Notes: generated by a model not told the origin, from the letters alone. A DNA stretch of 64,000 nucleotides from Vicugna vicugna (GCA_013265495.1 MU058650.1:709394-773393); one strand, 5' to 3'; positions 48,463-63,501 are shown, counted from the first letter of the stretch. Translations and numbers: made by a program.

Positions 48463-49939
48463 CTAAATAAATGAGAGATCGCACATGAATACAGCATGAA
48501 ATCAGAAAGTTTTGTGTAATCCTTCTTCCTAATTAAGCATCCCTCAAGACAAACGTACACAATGAACTTCCAATTCTGAAGATACTCAAGCACTAACTTA
48601 ACTTTCTGAGGAAAACATTTCCTTTGGTAGCCTTTCAGCCAGATAGTGCTTCATAATATCCAGCAATTATAATCAAAAACAGTTATTTTCATGTCTTTGG
48701 GGAAAACAGGAAAGCAAAGGCACTTGCTTTTTTACACAGCAACAGAATAATTTCCCTTAGACTCTGCAAATAAAGATTAAGCACGTGCTTTCCTATATTT
48801 TTCTCACAACGCAGAATAGGAAGTGGGTCCAAGTCATCTGCTTAGAGCTGTTTATAATATCCCTGGGACTTTACTGTTACTTATTTATCAAAGATAAATT
48901 AAACATGAACAATCATAGTTTTTTATTAATTGGTGAGATGGGTGTAGCAATATTTAGTTTACCAACCTCATTTCAAAATATCTCCAGGATTAGCTATTAT
49001 CTTTCCCTTCTTTTTATCCCTTCCTGTTTCTACACACACACACACGAGTGTGCATGAAGTATCTTAATTGGAAAAGACCGTATTTTCTAGCTTTATAAAT
49101 TAAGTAGATCTTGTATCCTTGCAAGCTTTTCCTCCAAACCACAATTCTGTCACTGGAAATTATTCAAATTGACCAATTTAAGTAATATCTTTTCCCTCCA
49201 GTCCTTTCATACAGTCAACTTTTACTAATTTTTGGCAGAGAATTGCATACTTCTACTAATTATATGTATTTTGCATTGTGTCCTCAAGAAGGCATGACTT
49301 GGAAAGATATAATATGGTATAGTAAGAGTAGTCATCTTGAAATAGTATAAAGCAATTGAAATTGGGGCTTATAAAGAATTGTTCATGTTAAGGAAAAGCA
49401 TTAAGTAAAAAAAAAATCAGTTTGTGAAATAGTACGTAACATAAAATGCAGAGAAATGGGTTACCATTTTGCGGCTTTGCTTTTGTGTGACCTAGGCACT
49501 TAGGAAAAAATAAAGAGACAGACAAGGCTCTAACTGCAGCTCTGATTCCTGTAACTATGGAACCTCAGGCAAGTTATTTAACATCTCTAAGTCTCAAGAG
49601 AAATAGGAGGAGCTCAGAAGTTTGCTATTAGGATCAAATAGAAAAATGCAAATAAAGCACATAGCCCAATGCTTGGCACAGAGAATATTATTCAAATATT
49701 CCTTTCATTTCCATTTCTGTCTCCCATTAATAGCACTTCATGCAAATCTGGTAGTCAAAAAAAAAAAAAGAATGGAAGGCTCCCATTAAAATATTTTTGC
49801 TATCTGAAGTAGATCAACATGAATGTGAATGGCTAAATGATGCTGCAGACCAACATAAAGTAAAGAGCAGTGCTCAAGGCAGGGATGACTTCAGGAAGCA
49901 ATTTACGATGACTGTGCCCACGCTTTTTGTTTGTGTCAC

Positions 49940-50365
49940 ACTGCGTTTGGTAGAAAAATGGCTTCCTAAATATGTCTATGCTCTAATCCCCTATTTGCCA
50001 TGAATATGTTACACTTTATGGCAAAGAGGACTTTGCAGATGCAATTAAATTAGGGACCTTGAAACAGGGAGATGACCCTGGGTTATCCAGAATATGACAG
50101 GAGGGTCAGAGGCAAAGACTGAAAGATCCTAGGCTGGCTGGCTCTGCACAGGCAGGAAAGGCTCACAAGCCAGGGAATGCAGGTGGCTTCTAGAAGCGGA
50201 AAAAGGCAAGGGAATGGATTCTCCCCGAGAGCCTCCAAAAAAAAGCACGCCTGCTAACGCCTCGATTTTAGTCCAGTGAAACCTACTTTGTACTTGTGGC
50301 TTCCAAAACCGCGATGTAAGAAGTGTGTTGTTTCAAACCACTGAGTTTGTGGTAATTTGCATATG
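49940..50365 (+). mobile_element. MaLR LTR (MLT1D-type)
   Basis: tgaatatgttacactttatggcaaagaggactttgcagatg...gtttgtggtaatttg. Confidence 0.8.
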
Positions 50366-52201
50366 TATGCCAAGGCTCAGAAACCTATGGTCCAAGTGCC
50401 AAGATGGCATAATGAGCACACTATGGCCTTCACACAAAGAGCAGCTGTCACCACAAGCAGCTCTGCTCTCGCACTGCCAGAGGAGAGCTGTTAGCAGGCA
50501 CTGCAAAGGCTACTACACTCAGCTCCTCCCTTTTCCTGCCCTGAGCAGCCAGAGGCATCGAGGTTGGAACTTTAGTGTCATTCGTGAAGGGTACTGTCAG
50601 AATTACAGCAAAAAAAATGTTATTAATTATAGGAAAACAGTAGTAGTTGAATTTCCCTCTTTAATATTCCAGATTTTAATCTTTAATCTTGTCCTCGTAT
50701 TTGAGGATCTCTGGGTAAACCCAAAGTCTGAGGTGGACCTCCCTTAGTTTTAAACGTCAGATCCTAAATGTCTTAGATGTTTTTCAACTGCTCTAGTTAC
50801 CACAAAATTAAACCTAAAAAACACATTTAAAAGTTCAGGAAGAATTCATGTGAACTCTCAATAACATCTCCTCGTGAAAAGAGACTGCTTCCGCTTTCTT
50901 GGCAAGCTATTTAGTATCATGCAATTTCACTGGCAGTGAACATTCAGGATCTGTTTCCCTTGTGTATTTCTATAAACTTCACATTACACTGCAAAGAAAT
51001 CAAAAGACCCAGAGAAAGTAAACAATAGACATAAAAAGAGAAGCTTATACTCACACAAATAAAAACATAAATCAACAGAGAATTGGAATGAATTACAAAT
51101 ATGTGAATCTCTACCAACAGCCAAGAATCTACTGTGGGAAAAAAAATTCACCACACCCCCAAGACATGTGAAATACTTCATGGAACTAGCAAGGACATAG
51201 AGTTTTTAAAAGGAGTATAATAAGGTTTCTTCAGAACAAAAATAATGTTAAAATAAATCAAGATTGTTCACTTCATGCTCAGAAACATGCTTATCATTTT
51301 AAAAACACACTGGCAAGCTTGCTAACCTAAAAAGTGACCTGCTTTGAAATTACTCTTATACTCAAATTCCCTTCACAATTCCATGCACACATTTATTACA
51401 TCCTAAAGCTAACAGGTCATTTGTATTGCCCGTCTGCTGTGACTGTTCAAATAATCTCGGCAGAATGTTACATGGTGATTCAGAACACACTTCAAAGCTG
51501 AATATCCAACTACCACTCCGATAAGAATCTGTATCTGTTTCTTACTTTCAGTATTGGTTAAGTTAAATATTAAAACCCTCTAGGTACTTATTTCAGGTAC
51601 ATATCCAGGTTTAAAAAAAAAACAAACTTACAAGAGGTACTAGATGGCTCACCAGTAACATTACTGCATATACAGGGGAGCAAGTGGAGAATACTACGAT
51701 TTTTTATAATTTGTGCTTTGAAATATTAGCGTCTCCTTTTTTTAAAATTGAAGTATAGTTGACTTAAAATATGTTTTAGGTATACAACATAGCAATTCAA
51801 TGTTTTTATAGATTATGCTCAATTTGAAGCTATCATAAAATACTGGTTACAGGCCCTATGCTGTACACTCCATTTCTGTACCTAATTTATTTCACACTTA
51901 GTAGCTTGTACCTCTTAATCCCCTTCCCCCATCTTACCTCTCCCCCAGCCCCTCTACTCACTGGTAACCACTAGTTTGTTCTCTACATCTGTGAGTCAGT
52001 TTCTGTTTTATTCATTTGCTTTATTTTTGAGATTCCACACATAAGTGAAAAGATACCATATTTGCCTTTCTCTGTCTGACATATTTCACTAACTATAATA
52101 CCCTCCAGGTGCATCCACATTGTTGCAAATCACAAAATTTCATTTTTTGTGTCTGAGTAATATTCTTTATTATATATGCATATTATACATACTATATACA
52201 T

Positions 52202-52205
<4 letters not shown>

Positions 52206-52238
<33 letters not shown>
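52206..52238. repeat. (CA)n microsatellite inside the L1 3' region
   Basis: About 16 uninterrupted CA units. Confidence 0.95.
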
Positions 52239-52246
<8 letters not shown>

Positions 52247-55200
52247 TACACACACCATAACTTCTTTATCCATTTATCTACTGATGGACACTTAAGTTGC
52301 TTACATATCTTGGCTATCGTAAATGATGCTGCTATGAATGCTGGCATGCACGTATCTTTTCAAATTCGTGTTTTGGTTATCTTCAGATATATACCCAGGA
52401 GTAAAATTGCTGGATCATATAGTAGTCCTATTTTTAATTTTTTGAGGAACCTCCATAATGTTTTCCACAGTGGCTGTACCAATTAATATTTCCATCAATG
52501 GTGCTCTAGAGTTCTCATTTTTCCACATCCTTGCCATCACTTATTATTTGTTGCCTTTTTGATGACAGCCATTCTGACAGGTGTGAGGTGGTATCTCATT
52601 GTGGTCTGCACTTACATTTCCCAGATGATTAGCGATGCTGAGTCTCTTTTCACGTGTCTGCTGACCATGAAAAAATGCCTACTCATGTCTTCTGCCTACT
52701 TCCTAACTGGGTTTTTGCTTCTTTGACATTGAGTTGTATGAGATTTTTATATATTCTGAATATTAACCTCTTATCAGACATAATTTGCAAATATCTTCTA
52801 TTCAGTAGGTTGCCTTTTCATTTTGTTGATGGTTTCCTTCACTGTGCAAAACCTTTTAAGTAAGATTAGGTCCCATTTGATTATTTTTGCTTTTGTTTCC
52901 CTTGCCTGAGGAGACAGATCTAAAAAATATTGCTAAGACCTATGTCAAAGAGTGTACTGCCTATGTTTTCTTTTAAGAGTTTGCCGTCTTACATTTAGGT
53001 CTTTAATCCATTTTGAGTTTATTTTTTATATGGCATGAGAAAATGTTCTGAATTCATGATTCTACACGTAGGTGTCCAGTTTTGCTAACACTGCTTATTG
53101 AACAGACCGCCTTTTTCCCATTGTATATTCTTTCCTCCTTTGTCATAGATGGACCACAGGCGCATAAGTTTATTTCTGGGCTCTCATTGAGCTAAGTGTC
53201 TGTTTTCATGCCAGTGTCATACTGTTTTGATTACTGGAGCTTTGTACTGTTGTCTGAAGTCATGAAGCATGATATCTCCAGCATTGTTCTATTTTTTCAA
53301 GATTGCTTTGGTGATTCAAGGTCTTTTGTGGCTCCGTACAAATTTTAGGAATATGTGTTCTAGCTCTGTGAAAAGTATCATGTGTATTTTCATATATATT
53401 ACATTAAATCTGCAGATTGCTTTGAGTAGTATATTTTAACAATATTAATTCTTCCAATCCATGAACAAGGGATATCTTTCCATTTCTTTGTATCATGTTC
53501 AGTTTCCTTCATCAATATCTTATACTCTTCAGAGTAGATAGGTCTTTCACATCCTTAGTTAAGTTTACACCTAGCTATTTTATTCTTTTCGATGCAATTG
53601 TAAACAGGATTGTTTTCTTCCTTTCTCTTTCTGATAGTTCATTATTAGTGTATAGAACAGTGACAGATTTGTTTTTATTAATCTTGTCTCCTGCAACTGC
53701 AGTGAATTCATTTCTTAGTTCTAATAGTTTTTTTGTTTTGTTTTGTTTTGGTGGAGACTTTAAGGTTTTCTATACATAGTACCATGTTATATTCAAATAC
53801 TAACAGTTCTCACTTCTTCCCTTCCCATTTGGATTCCTTTCTTTTTCTTCTCTGATTGCTGTGGCTAGGAATTCTAATACTATGTTAAATAGAAATGGTG
53901 AAAGTGGGCATCCTTGTCTTCTCCCGATCTTAGAGGAAAACGTTTTCAGTTTTTCACCATTGAGTATGATGTTAGCTGTAGGTTTATCACAAAGGACTTT
54001 TATTATGTTGAGGTATGTCCCCACTATATCAACTTTGTTGAGAGTTTTTACCATGAGTGGGTGTTGAAATTTGTCAACTGCTTTTTCTGCATCTACTGAG
54101 ATGATCTTATGGTTTTTATATTTCATTTTGTTAATGCAGTGTATCACATTGATTTATTTGCAAATATTGGACCATCCCTGCATCCCTGGAATAAATCCTA
54201 CTTGATCATTGTATATGATCCTTTTTATGCATTGTCTAATTCACTTTGCTAATATTTTGTTGAGAATTTTTGTGTCTATACTCATTAGAGATCTTGCATT
54301 TGTCTCAAAGTATTTTCTGATTTCCTCTTTGTTTTTTGTCTGTTTTGGCTGACCCACTGAATTTTTAGTAGCATGCTGTTTAGTCTCAATGTGTGTGTTT
54401 GTTTTTTCTGTTTTTCTTCCAGTAATTAATTTCCAGTTTTATACCACTATGGTTGCGAAACCCACTTGATATTTCTATCTTCTTAAATTTGATGAGACTT
54501 GTTATGTGGCCTAGCATGTGCTCTATCCTGGATTGAGCTGCACTTGAAAAGAATGTGTATTTTGTTGCTTTTGGATGGAAAGCCTGTAGCTCTATTAAGT
54601 CCAACTGGTCTAATGTGTCTTTAAGGCCATTGTTTCTTTAATGAATTTCTACTTAGATGATATGCCCACTGATATAGGTGGGGTGTTAATGCCCCCACTA
54701 TTATTGTATTATTGTCAATTTCTCCCTTACATCTGTTAATATTTGCTTTATATATTTAAGACAGTCCTACACTTATGCTATATGCATATGTTTACATATA
54801 TGCATGTTTACAAATGTCATATTCTCTTCTTGTATTGATCCCTCTATCATTACATAATGCTCTTCTTTGTCTTGTATTATAGACTTTGTTTTAAAGTTTA
54901 CTTTGTTGGATATGAGTATTCCTACCTCAGCTTTCTTGTCCTTTCAATTTACATGAAATACCTTTTTTCCATTCCCTCACTTTAAGCCTGCATCTTTAGC
55001 TCTGAAATGAGTCTTTTATAGGCAGCATATAGATGAATCATTTAAATCTAATGAACCATCCTATGTCTCTTGATTGGAGCATTTAATGCATTGACATTTA
55101 AAGCAAATACGGATAGATGTGTACTTATTGCCATCTTGTTAAATGTTTTTTAGTTTTTCTCTATTCCTTTCTTCTTCTTTTAGTCTCTTCCCTTGTGGTT

Positions 55201-55865
55201 TGATTATTTTTTTTAGTATTGTATTTGGGTTCCTTTCTCTCTAGCTTTTCTGTATTTATTGCAGGTTTTTGATCTGTGGTTATCATGGAGTTCATATATA
55301 TCGATATATCTCTATCTACTTGTTTTAAACTGACAGTCATTTAAGTTCAGAGACATTGTGAAAGATCTATATTTCTTACTCCCCCTCCACATCTTCTATT
55401 TTTGATGTCACATTTTACATCTATGCCTATCCCTTAACTGTTTATTGTAGTTATATTTGATTTTACAATTTTTGTCTTTTAACCTTTCTACTAGTTTATT
55501 TAAAGTGGTTGATCCCCCTTACTATATAATTGCCTTTAACAGTGGGGTTTTTCCCTTCCTATATTTTATTTCTTGTTGTAGTCTTTTCTACTTGAAGGCC
55601 CTTTAACATTTTTTATGAGGTCAGTTCAGTATTGATGAACTCTTTAGTTTTTTTATCTGAGAAGCTCTTTATCTCTCCTTTAATTCTGAATGATAACCTT
55701 GCTGAGTACAGTATCTTAGGTTGTAAGTTTTTTCCTTTCAGCACTTTAAAATACACTGTGCCACAGCCTTTGGCTTGCAAAGTTTCTGCTGAAAAACCAA
55801 CCAATGGCCTGATGGGAGTTCCCTTGTATGTAACTGTTCATCTCTTGCTGCCTTTAAAATTCTTT

Positions 55866-56038
55866 TTTTTTAAACTTTTTTTATTGATTTATAATCATTT
55901 TACAATGTTGTGTCAAATTCCAGTGTTCAGCACAATTTTTCAGTCATTCCTGGACATATACACACTCATTGTCGCATCTTTTTCTCTGTGAGTTATCATA
56001 ACATTTTGTGTGTATTTCCCTGTGCTGTACAGTGTAAT
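55866..56038 (-). mobile_element. Young short L1 3' end nested in ORF1 of the older L1
   Basis: Perfect 14-bp TSD ctttaaaattcttt at 55852-55865 and 56039-56052; same family as 22385-22563. Confidence 0.9.
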
Positions 56039-58008
56039 CTTTAAAATTCTTTAAATTTTCCCATTTTAGTTATTACATACCTTGGTGTGGCTCTCTTTGG
56101 GTTCATCTTGTTTGGGACTCTCTCTGCTTCCTATACCTGGGTATCTGTTTCCTTCTTCAGGTTTGAGAAGTTTTGAGCCAAAATTTCACCAAATACACTT
56201 TCTACCTCTGTCTGTCTCTTCTCCTTCTGTGATTTCTATAATGCAAATGTTAGTATGCTTGATGTTGTCCCAGAGGTCCCTTAAACTAGCTCATCTTTTT
56301 TTCATTTTTGCTTTTCCTATTCTCATTGGGAGATTTTCACTATTCCACCTTCCAGATCGCTTACGTGTTCCTCTATATTACCTAATCTGCTATTAATTAA
56401 CTCTAGTGTATTTTTCATTTCAGTTATACTCTTCAGCTCTGAATGGTCCTTTTTAATATTTTCTGGTTCTTTATTAAAATTCCCACCATGTTCATCTATT
56501 TCTTCCCCAAGTTCAGTTAGCATTATTACTATTGCTCTGAACTGTATCAGGTAAATTATTTATCTGTTTCAATATGGTTTTATTCAGAGGTTTTCTTGTT
56601 TTCTGAAACATATTCTTCTACCTGTATGAAAGTATGTGAAAAAGCTACCTGTCCTGGTCTTGAAGGTATGTACTTGTGTGGGAGCATCCAAATGCAGTTA
56701 GTGTGTGCCCAGTGGCTTTGGTGGGAGAGCTGGATCTGAAGTGAGTCCAGCATCCTGATAGCCACTGCCTTGGTGGGAGGTAGAGCCAGAGTCAGGTTTG
56801 AGCTGGGGCTTCTCCTATGCTCAGTGGCAGTCACCACCCTACTGGGGGCAGGATCCAGGCCCAAGGGGCTGGAGCAGGAGCCCTGAAGGACCTGCATTTC
56901 TCTCAGGTGTAATGGCAGTTCCACCTTGGCTGGGGCATGGCCAGGGCCTGAGGGCTTGGGGCTGCATTTTGAAGCTGGTTCCACTTTTTCCTTGGTGTGT
57001 GCACCTTAATTAGAGGCTATGTCAGGGCCAGAAGGGTTGGCCATATTACTCAGCTGGTTCCAATCTTTCCCAAGTGTGCATATGGATGTGTGCACATGAA
57101 ATGGCATTCTCCACCCTGGAGCTGGTTTCTCTCCCTCGCAAGTATGTTGCCACTATCTTAGTCAGAGGAAGAGCAGGGGCCTAAGCAAGCTCTGTTCCCT
57201 CCAAGTGTGTGCACTCTTTTTGGCAAATGAAGCCTCCACCTCAGCAGGGTGCAATAGCAGAGCAGGAGGGGCTAGAGTTGGAGCCTGGTGCAGGTTGGGC
57301 GGCACAGTTGTTGTGGCAAGTTGGCCAAAGCACCATGCAGTTTTCAATCTGCTGCTTCCACCCTTGTAGTGGAAGCAAGCAAGGTTGCACATGAGCTCTT
57401 CAAGAGCAGAGTCTCAGTTTCTTATAGCACTCAGGTAAGCCTCGCTGGTTTTCTAGCCCAGACAGTGCTCACCTTCCCTACGTTGGACCACTGGCCTGGG
57501 GATACCTAATAGGTGGATTGAACCCTGCACTCCACAGGGCAGATCCCCCAACATGTGATATCTCCCTCCTCCTCCAGGTCACCCTAGTGGTGTGGGTCCC
57601 AACTAGATGGCTTCTCCTCCCCTACCAGACTCTGTGTGGTTCTTTCTTTACAGCCTAGGTTGCAGAAGAGCCGTCTGCTCGTCTTCAGGTCACTCTCAGT
57701 GAGAGCTGCTTTATCTGAAGTTGTCATCTTGATGCATTTGTGAGGGAGGTGGGCTCAGCATCACGCTACCTCATCATCTGGATTCCAGCCATTCTCCTGA
57801 AATCCTGAAATATCTTCAACTACCATTAAAACCATATTCTAAAAGAACATTCAATGGCACTGGAAATTATGGTATGAAAAGTAAAAAACTCAAGCACAAA
57901 AGATGGATGTACATTACATGAACATTTCAGGGGGGAGGGGTGTTTTGGTTTTTAATATATTGTCTGGCCCAATTTACCAGCAAGGGAAGAGTAAAAGACT
58001 ACAGACAA

Positions 58009-60775
58009 TGTTTCTATACAATTTTAATATTATATGTCTAGTTCCATGAAAAATGCCATTGGTATTTTGATAAAGATTAAACTGAATCTGTAAATTGCCC
58101 TGGGCAGTATGGTCACTTCAACAATATTGATTCTTCCAATCCAAGAACACAGTGTATCTTTCCATCTGTTGGTGTCATCTTCAGTTTCTTTCATCAGTGT
58201 CTTCGTTTCCAGTGTACAGGTCTTTTGCCTCCTTAAGGAGATTTATTCCAAACTATTTTATTCTTTTCGACGTGATGGTAAATGGTATCCCTTAATCTTG
58301 CTTTCTGATACTTTGTTGTTAGTGTATAGAAAGGCAACAGATTTCTGAGTATTAATTTTGCATCGTGCAACTTTACCAAACTCATGGACCAGCTCTAGTA
58401 GTTTTCTGATACTGCCTTTAGGGTTTTCTATGTATAATATCACATCATCTGTTAACAGTGACAGTTTTACTTCTTTCTTTCCAATTTTAATTCTTATTAT
58501 TTCTTTTTCTTCTCTGATTATTGTGGCTAGAATTTCCAAAACCATGCTGAAGAAAAGTGGCAAGAGTGGATGGACATCCTTGTCTTTTTCTGATCTTAGA
58601 GAAAATGCTTTCAGCTTTTCACATTGAGTATGATGTTAGCTGTGGGTTTATCTTATATGGCCTTTATTATGTTAAAGTATGTTCCCTCAACGCCTGCTTT
58701 CTGGAGTTTTTTTTTTAATCATAAATGGATGCTGAATTTTATCAAAAGCTTTTTCTGCATCTATTCAGATGACCATATGGTTTTTATTCTTCAATCTGTT
58801 AATGTGGTATATCACATTGATTCATCTGCGGATATTGAAAAATCCCTGCATCCCTGAGATGAATCTTCCTTACTCATGGGTATATGATCCTTTTAATGTA
58901 TTGCTGGATTCAGATTGCTAATATTTTGATGAGAATTTTTGCATCTTTGTTCATCAGTGATATTGGCCTATAATTTTCTTTTTTGTGTGATACCTTTGTC
59001 TGGTTTTGGTATCAGGATGATGGTGGCCTCACAGAATGAGTTCAGAGGTATTCCTTCCTCTGCAATTTTTTAAAATAGTTTCAGAAGGATAGATGTTAAC
59101 TCTTCTCTAAATGTTTGGTAGAATTCACCCTGTGAAGCCATCTGGTCTGAGACTTTTCTTTGTTTAGAGTTTTTAATTAGTGATTTAATTTCATTACTGG
59201 TAATTGGTCTATTCATATTTTCTGTTTCTTCCTGGTTCAATCTTAGGAGATTGTACCTTTAAAAGACCCCAAATAGCCAAAACAATCTTAAGAACAAAGC
59301 TGGAGGAATCATGCTTTCTGACTTTAGACTACAGTACAAAGCTACAGTAATCAAAAAGTAAGGCATTGTACTGGCACAAAAACAGACATACAGGTCAACA
59401 GAACAGAATAGAGAGCCAAAAAATAAACCCACACACTTACGGTCAAGTAATCTATGACAAAAGAGGTAAGAATATACAATGAAGAAAAGACAGTCTCATC
59501 AGTAAGTGGTGCTGGGAAAACTGGACAGCTCCACGTAAAGGAATAAGGTTAGAACATTCTCTAACACCACATACAAAAATAAACTCAAAATGGATTAAAG
59601 ACTGAAATCCAAGACCAGATACTATAAAACTCCTAGAGGAAAACATAGGCAGAATACTCTGACATAAATCACAGCAATATTTTTTTGGATCTATTTCCTA
59701 AAGTAAAAGAAATAAAGGCAAAAAGTAAACAAATGGGACCTAGTTAAACCTAAAAGCTCCTGCATGGCAAAGGAAACAACTGGCAACATGAAAAGAAAAC
59801 CTACGAAATGGGAGAAAATATTTGCAAATGATACAACCAGCAAGGAGTTAATATCCAACAACTCAACATACATAAACATCTCATACAACTCAGTATCAAA
59901 AAAAAACCAACTTGATTGAAAAATAGACAGAAGAACTAAACAGACATTTTTCCAAAGAGGAAATGCAGATGGCCAATAGACACATGAAAAGAAGCCCAAT
60001 ATCCCTAGTCATCAGAGAAACGCAAATCAAAACTACAATGAGGTATCACCTCACACCAGTCAGGATGGCCATCATTAAAAAGTCCACAAATGGTAGATGC
60101 TGGAGACGGTGTGAAGAAAAGGGAACCCTCCTACACTGCTGTGGGAATGTAAATTGGTACTACACTGTGGAAAAAAGTATGGAGGTTTCTCAAAAAACTA
60201 TAAACAGAACTACCATATTACCCACCAAATTCCACTCCTGGGTGTATATCTGAAAAAAACAAAAACACTGATTCGAAAAGATACATGCACCTCAATGTTC
60301 ATAGCAGCATTATTTACAACTGCCACACTATGGAGATAATCTAAGTGTCCATCAAGAGATGAATGGATAAAGAAGATGTGAGATACATATATATATTTAT
60401 ATAACATAATGGGATATACTCAGTCATAAAAATGAATGCAATTTTGCCATCTGCACCAAAATGGATGTACTTGGAGGGCATTATGCTAAATGAAATAAGT
60501 CTGAGAAAGAAAGACACATACTATATGATATCACTTATACGTGGAATTTAAAAAATAAAACAAACTAGTGAATATAACAAAAAAGAAACAGACTCACAGA
60601 TACAGAGAACAAACTAGTGGTTGACAGCGGAGAGGTGGGGGCGATACAGAGGTTGGGGAGTGGGCGGTACAAACTACTGGGTGTAAGACAGGCTCAGGGA
60701 ACACAGCTCAATATCAATATTTTATGATAACTATAAATGGACAGTAACCTTCAAAAACAGTATAAAACTTTTCAA
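58009..60775 (+). mobile_element. 5'-inverted (twin-primed) L1: inverted ORF2 part 58009-59260 (-) and direct 3' part 59261-60775 (+)
   Basis: Strand switch at 59260/59261. The outer end of the inverted part (…TGTATAGAAACA) is contiguous in L1 with the start of the direct part (AAAAGACCCC). Confidence 0.88.
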
Positions 60776-60948
60776 ATGTTTAAAATGGCTGTACTTTTGA
60801 ATTAAAACTATCTCCAGCAATGCAATGAAATTTGAATCTTTTGTCTGCCCTGTAATAAATATACTAGGGACTCCTATCAGTCACATAAGAGTCTGGCTTT
60901 CCAGAAGAAGAAATGGGAAAAAAATATTATAGTGACATCTACTAGAAT

Positions 60949-61200
60949 AGGGGTTGGCAAAATTAAAAAGATTTTTTAAAAACTTTTAAAAACCTATAAT
61001 AAAATTTTTAATTTAAATAAAATATTTTGGGCTTTGCAAATCATACAATTTCAGGGGCAACTCTCAACTATGCCCTTGTAGCATGAAAGTAGCCAAAGAC
61101 AATAAATTAAAAAACGGGGTAGCTGTCTTCCCATAAAACTTCTTTACACAAACAGGCAGCAGACTAGATTTAGCACACAAACTGTGGTTCCCAACCCCTG
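60949..61200. mobile_element. MER58-type hAT-Charlie DNA transposon fossil
   Basis: Terminal inverted repeats aggggttggcaaa ... ttcccaacccctg and typical internal sequence. Confidence 0.75.
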
Positions 61201-61835
61201 CACTAGAATGTAAGCTCTGTAAAGTCTTCGTTTTGTTCCACTATGCATAAAAAGCCCCTAGAATAGTGCCTGGTAGATACTAGGCACTCAATAAACATTT
61301 CTGTAATAAATTACTCTTTGAATAGAAAAACAAAAAGGAATTCATAGTTCTATTATATATCTACTTCTTTTAACTTATATTTCTAAAAAAGAAGGAAGTC
61401 ATTACAGAATTATTTAAGTGTAACTTGTATCTAAAAGTTGATCTGCAAATCAAGATTAAACTATGAAGCATGGTTATATTTCTCTCATTATAATTTCAGT
61501 AACAAGGAAGGCCCCCTTCTCACTTGTCCCACAGAGGCTGAGAATCCCACGGGGGGAGCTTCCATGGTAGAGCCTTATGGCTGTCATAGCCAATTATAGG
61601 CACTACGATGGCAGAGGGCCAGAGGATAAGGAATAAACACTCAAATAAGCGATTAAACAAATAAAGATTTGCAAGACGAGACAGAACGAAAACATTTTCT
61701 TCTTTATTTGTAGAATTACACTTACTTCACCTTTGGTCACTCAGCCAAATGTTTTCTTTCTCAAATAAGATGTGGAAATTATAAAGATCCTAAAACACTA
61801 GGGTAATTTCTCATATTAAAAAAAATAATACTTAC

Positions 61836-61916
61836 AGACTTTCTGATATCTTTTGAAGAGAGATCAATCAATTTCTTGTTCATAGACCACTCTTCATCAG
61901 ATTCCATTATGGCTTT
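61836..61916 (-). CDS. CWF19L2: CWF19L2 coding exon ([27 protein letters not shown])
   Basis: 81 bp, acceptor TTTTTTAG, donor GTAAGT, in frame with both flanking exons. Confidence 0.97.
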
Positions 61917-63501
61917 CTAAAAAATAGCCATTTGTTAATAAAAAAAATAATATACAAGTAAATACAAAGAGACAGTTTTAAAATAAAGTAATATAGTGAA
62001 TTAACTATAGTATATAATATACATGTTAGGTTATTTTGAATAAATTAAGGTTTTAATTTCTGTTATTTAAAATTAGAACTTCTTGATTTCTTAAAAGTCC
62101 TATCTTTCGCCAAGATAATACTATTTTACTCACTTTTAACTCTTGTACTAAATTTAGCTCACCTTTACATGGCAAAACAATCCTTAGTTAGACCAAGCAA
62201 TTAAATATTAAATATAACTTGTGAACATAAGGAGCAAATTTTAAAGGTGAAATTAACTTTCAAATAAGCACGATTTAAAAACGTCAGTATTACTGCTGTT
62301 CCCTATTTAAAAGACATGGGTTGCCTGTTTTGACACTACAATGTAGCACATTCAATATAAAACTAAACCCAAAGCAAATAAATACATCTTTAATGATCAT
62401 ATAACAGGTTTAGGGTAGAAGAGAAAAGTGACATCCCATTCTGCCAAGAGATGACATTCTTGTCACCCATCCTAGCGACAGCAGCTGCTCTATGTTGTGC
62501 TCTATACCTCAGTGCCCATAGTCACAATCATCTAAGACTCTACTGAGGAAGTTCAAGGGGGAAAAAAATAGAAGAAAAGCATGATAATAATCTTCTTCTC
62601 AACTGGTTTTGTTTAACATAGGGCTGGCATGGGTTTTGGGATTATCTGGCTTGTTCCCCTATACTTTAATAGCATGACTCCTCAAATCAAATAATCAGAT
62701 TGTTTTTAAAAATTTCTACAGGAAAAGTAGAAATCCACCACCTTATCAATGTTGACAGATTTTATAATCCTTGTTAATGGAATTTACATTCCAAATTAAA
62801 CTTTACCATCCTATACTGTCTAAACGTTGCATTTGCAAGTTCCTACAGCACCTCACAAAACATTATCTTTTCTAATTGCATATGCCATTATTGCATATAT
62901 GGTTCTACATTTACAAATTTATATTAGTCTATAAATTATACTATACTCAGGTCAGTATCAAACAAAGGCTATTTGGTTAAAGCTATTTGAATATTATAAT
63001 GCCACTCAGTTGATTAAAAATCTAGTCATTTATCACATGTCCAAAACTGTATGTCAAGGTTAGATTTTAGTTTCTTTTTACAAGTAGCACAATGAGGTAT
63101 TAAATACTAAAACTTGCAGCAATATCTTGCTTCAGCAATTGTAATTTGTACTGTTTGCATGTAACTGTCTTTGGTGTTGATGAGTTTTAATGATGAGTTT
63201 TCTAGAATTATGACTATAATTTTGAGTGGAAAGTACTTCAAGGTAAAACTTTAATTTTTCATTTGAGAAATGAGTAATTAAACTAGAAATTATAAATTAC
63301 CATTTGATAGTATAGTCATACTTTAAGTATCCGTTTTATTTTTTAACTTGCAGAATATTTTGTGCTTTATTTCATTTGTTTGTATGAAATTTGACATAAA
63401 TATATAGGAGAAAAAAAGTATCAGAATAAAGATAATTGTATTCATAAAACCATACTATAACAAAAAAAATAAGTCTATATGTAAAGACTATCTATAAATA
63501 C

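Larger units (their letters stand above)
51736..57787 (-). mobile_element. Near-full-length decayed L1 (5' UTR, ORF1, ORF2 with internal deletion, 3' UTR), sense to CWF19L2
   Basis: ORF1 remnants (56323-56523, 55613-55804), ORF2 reverse-transcriptase remnants (IISVDAEKA...[18 protein letters not shown]), and poly(T) at 51736. Confidence 0.92.
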
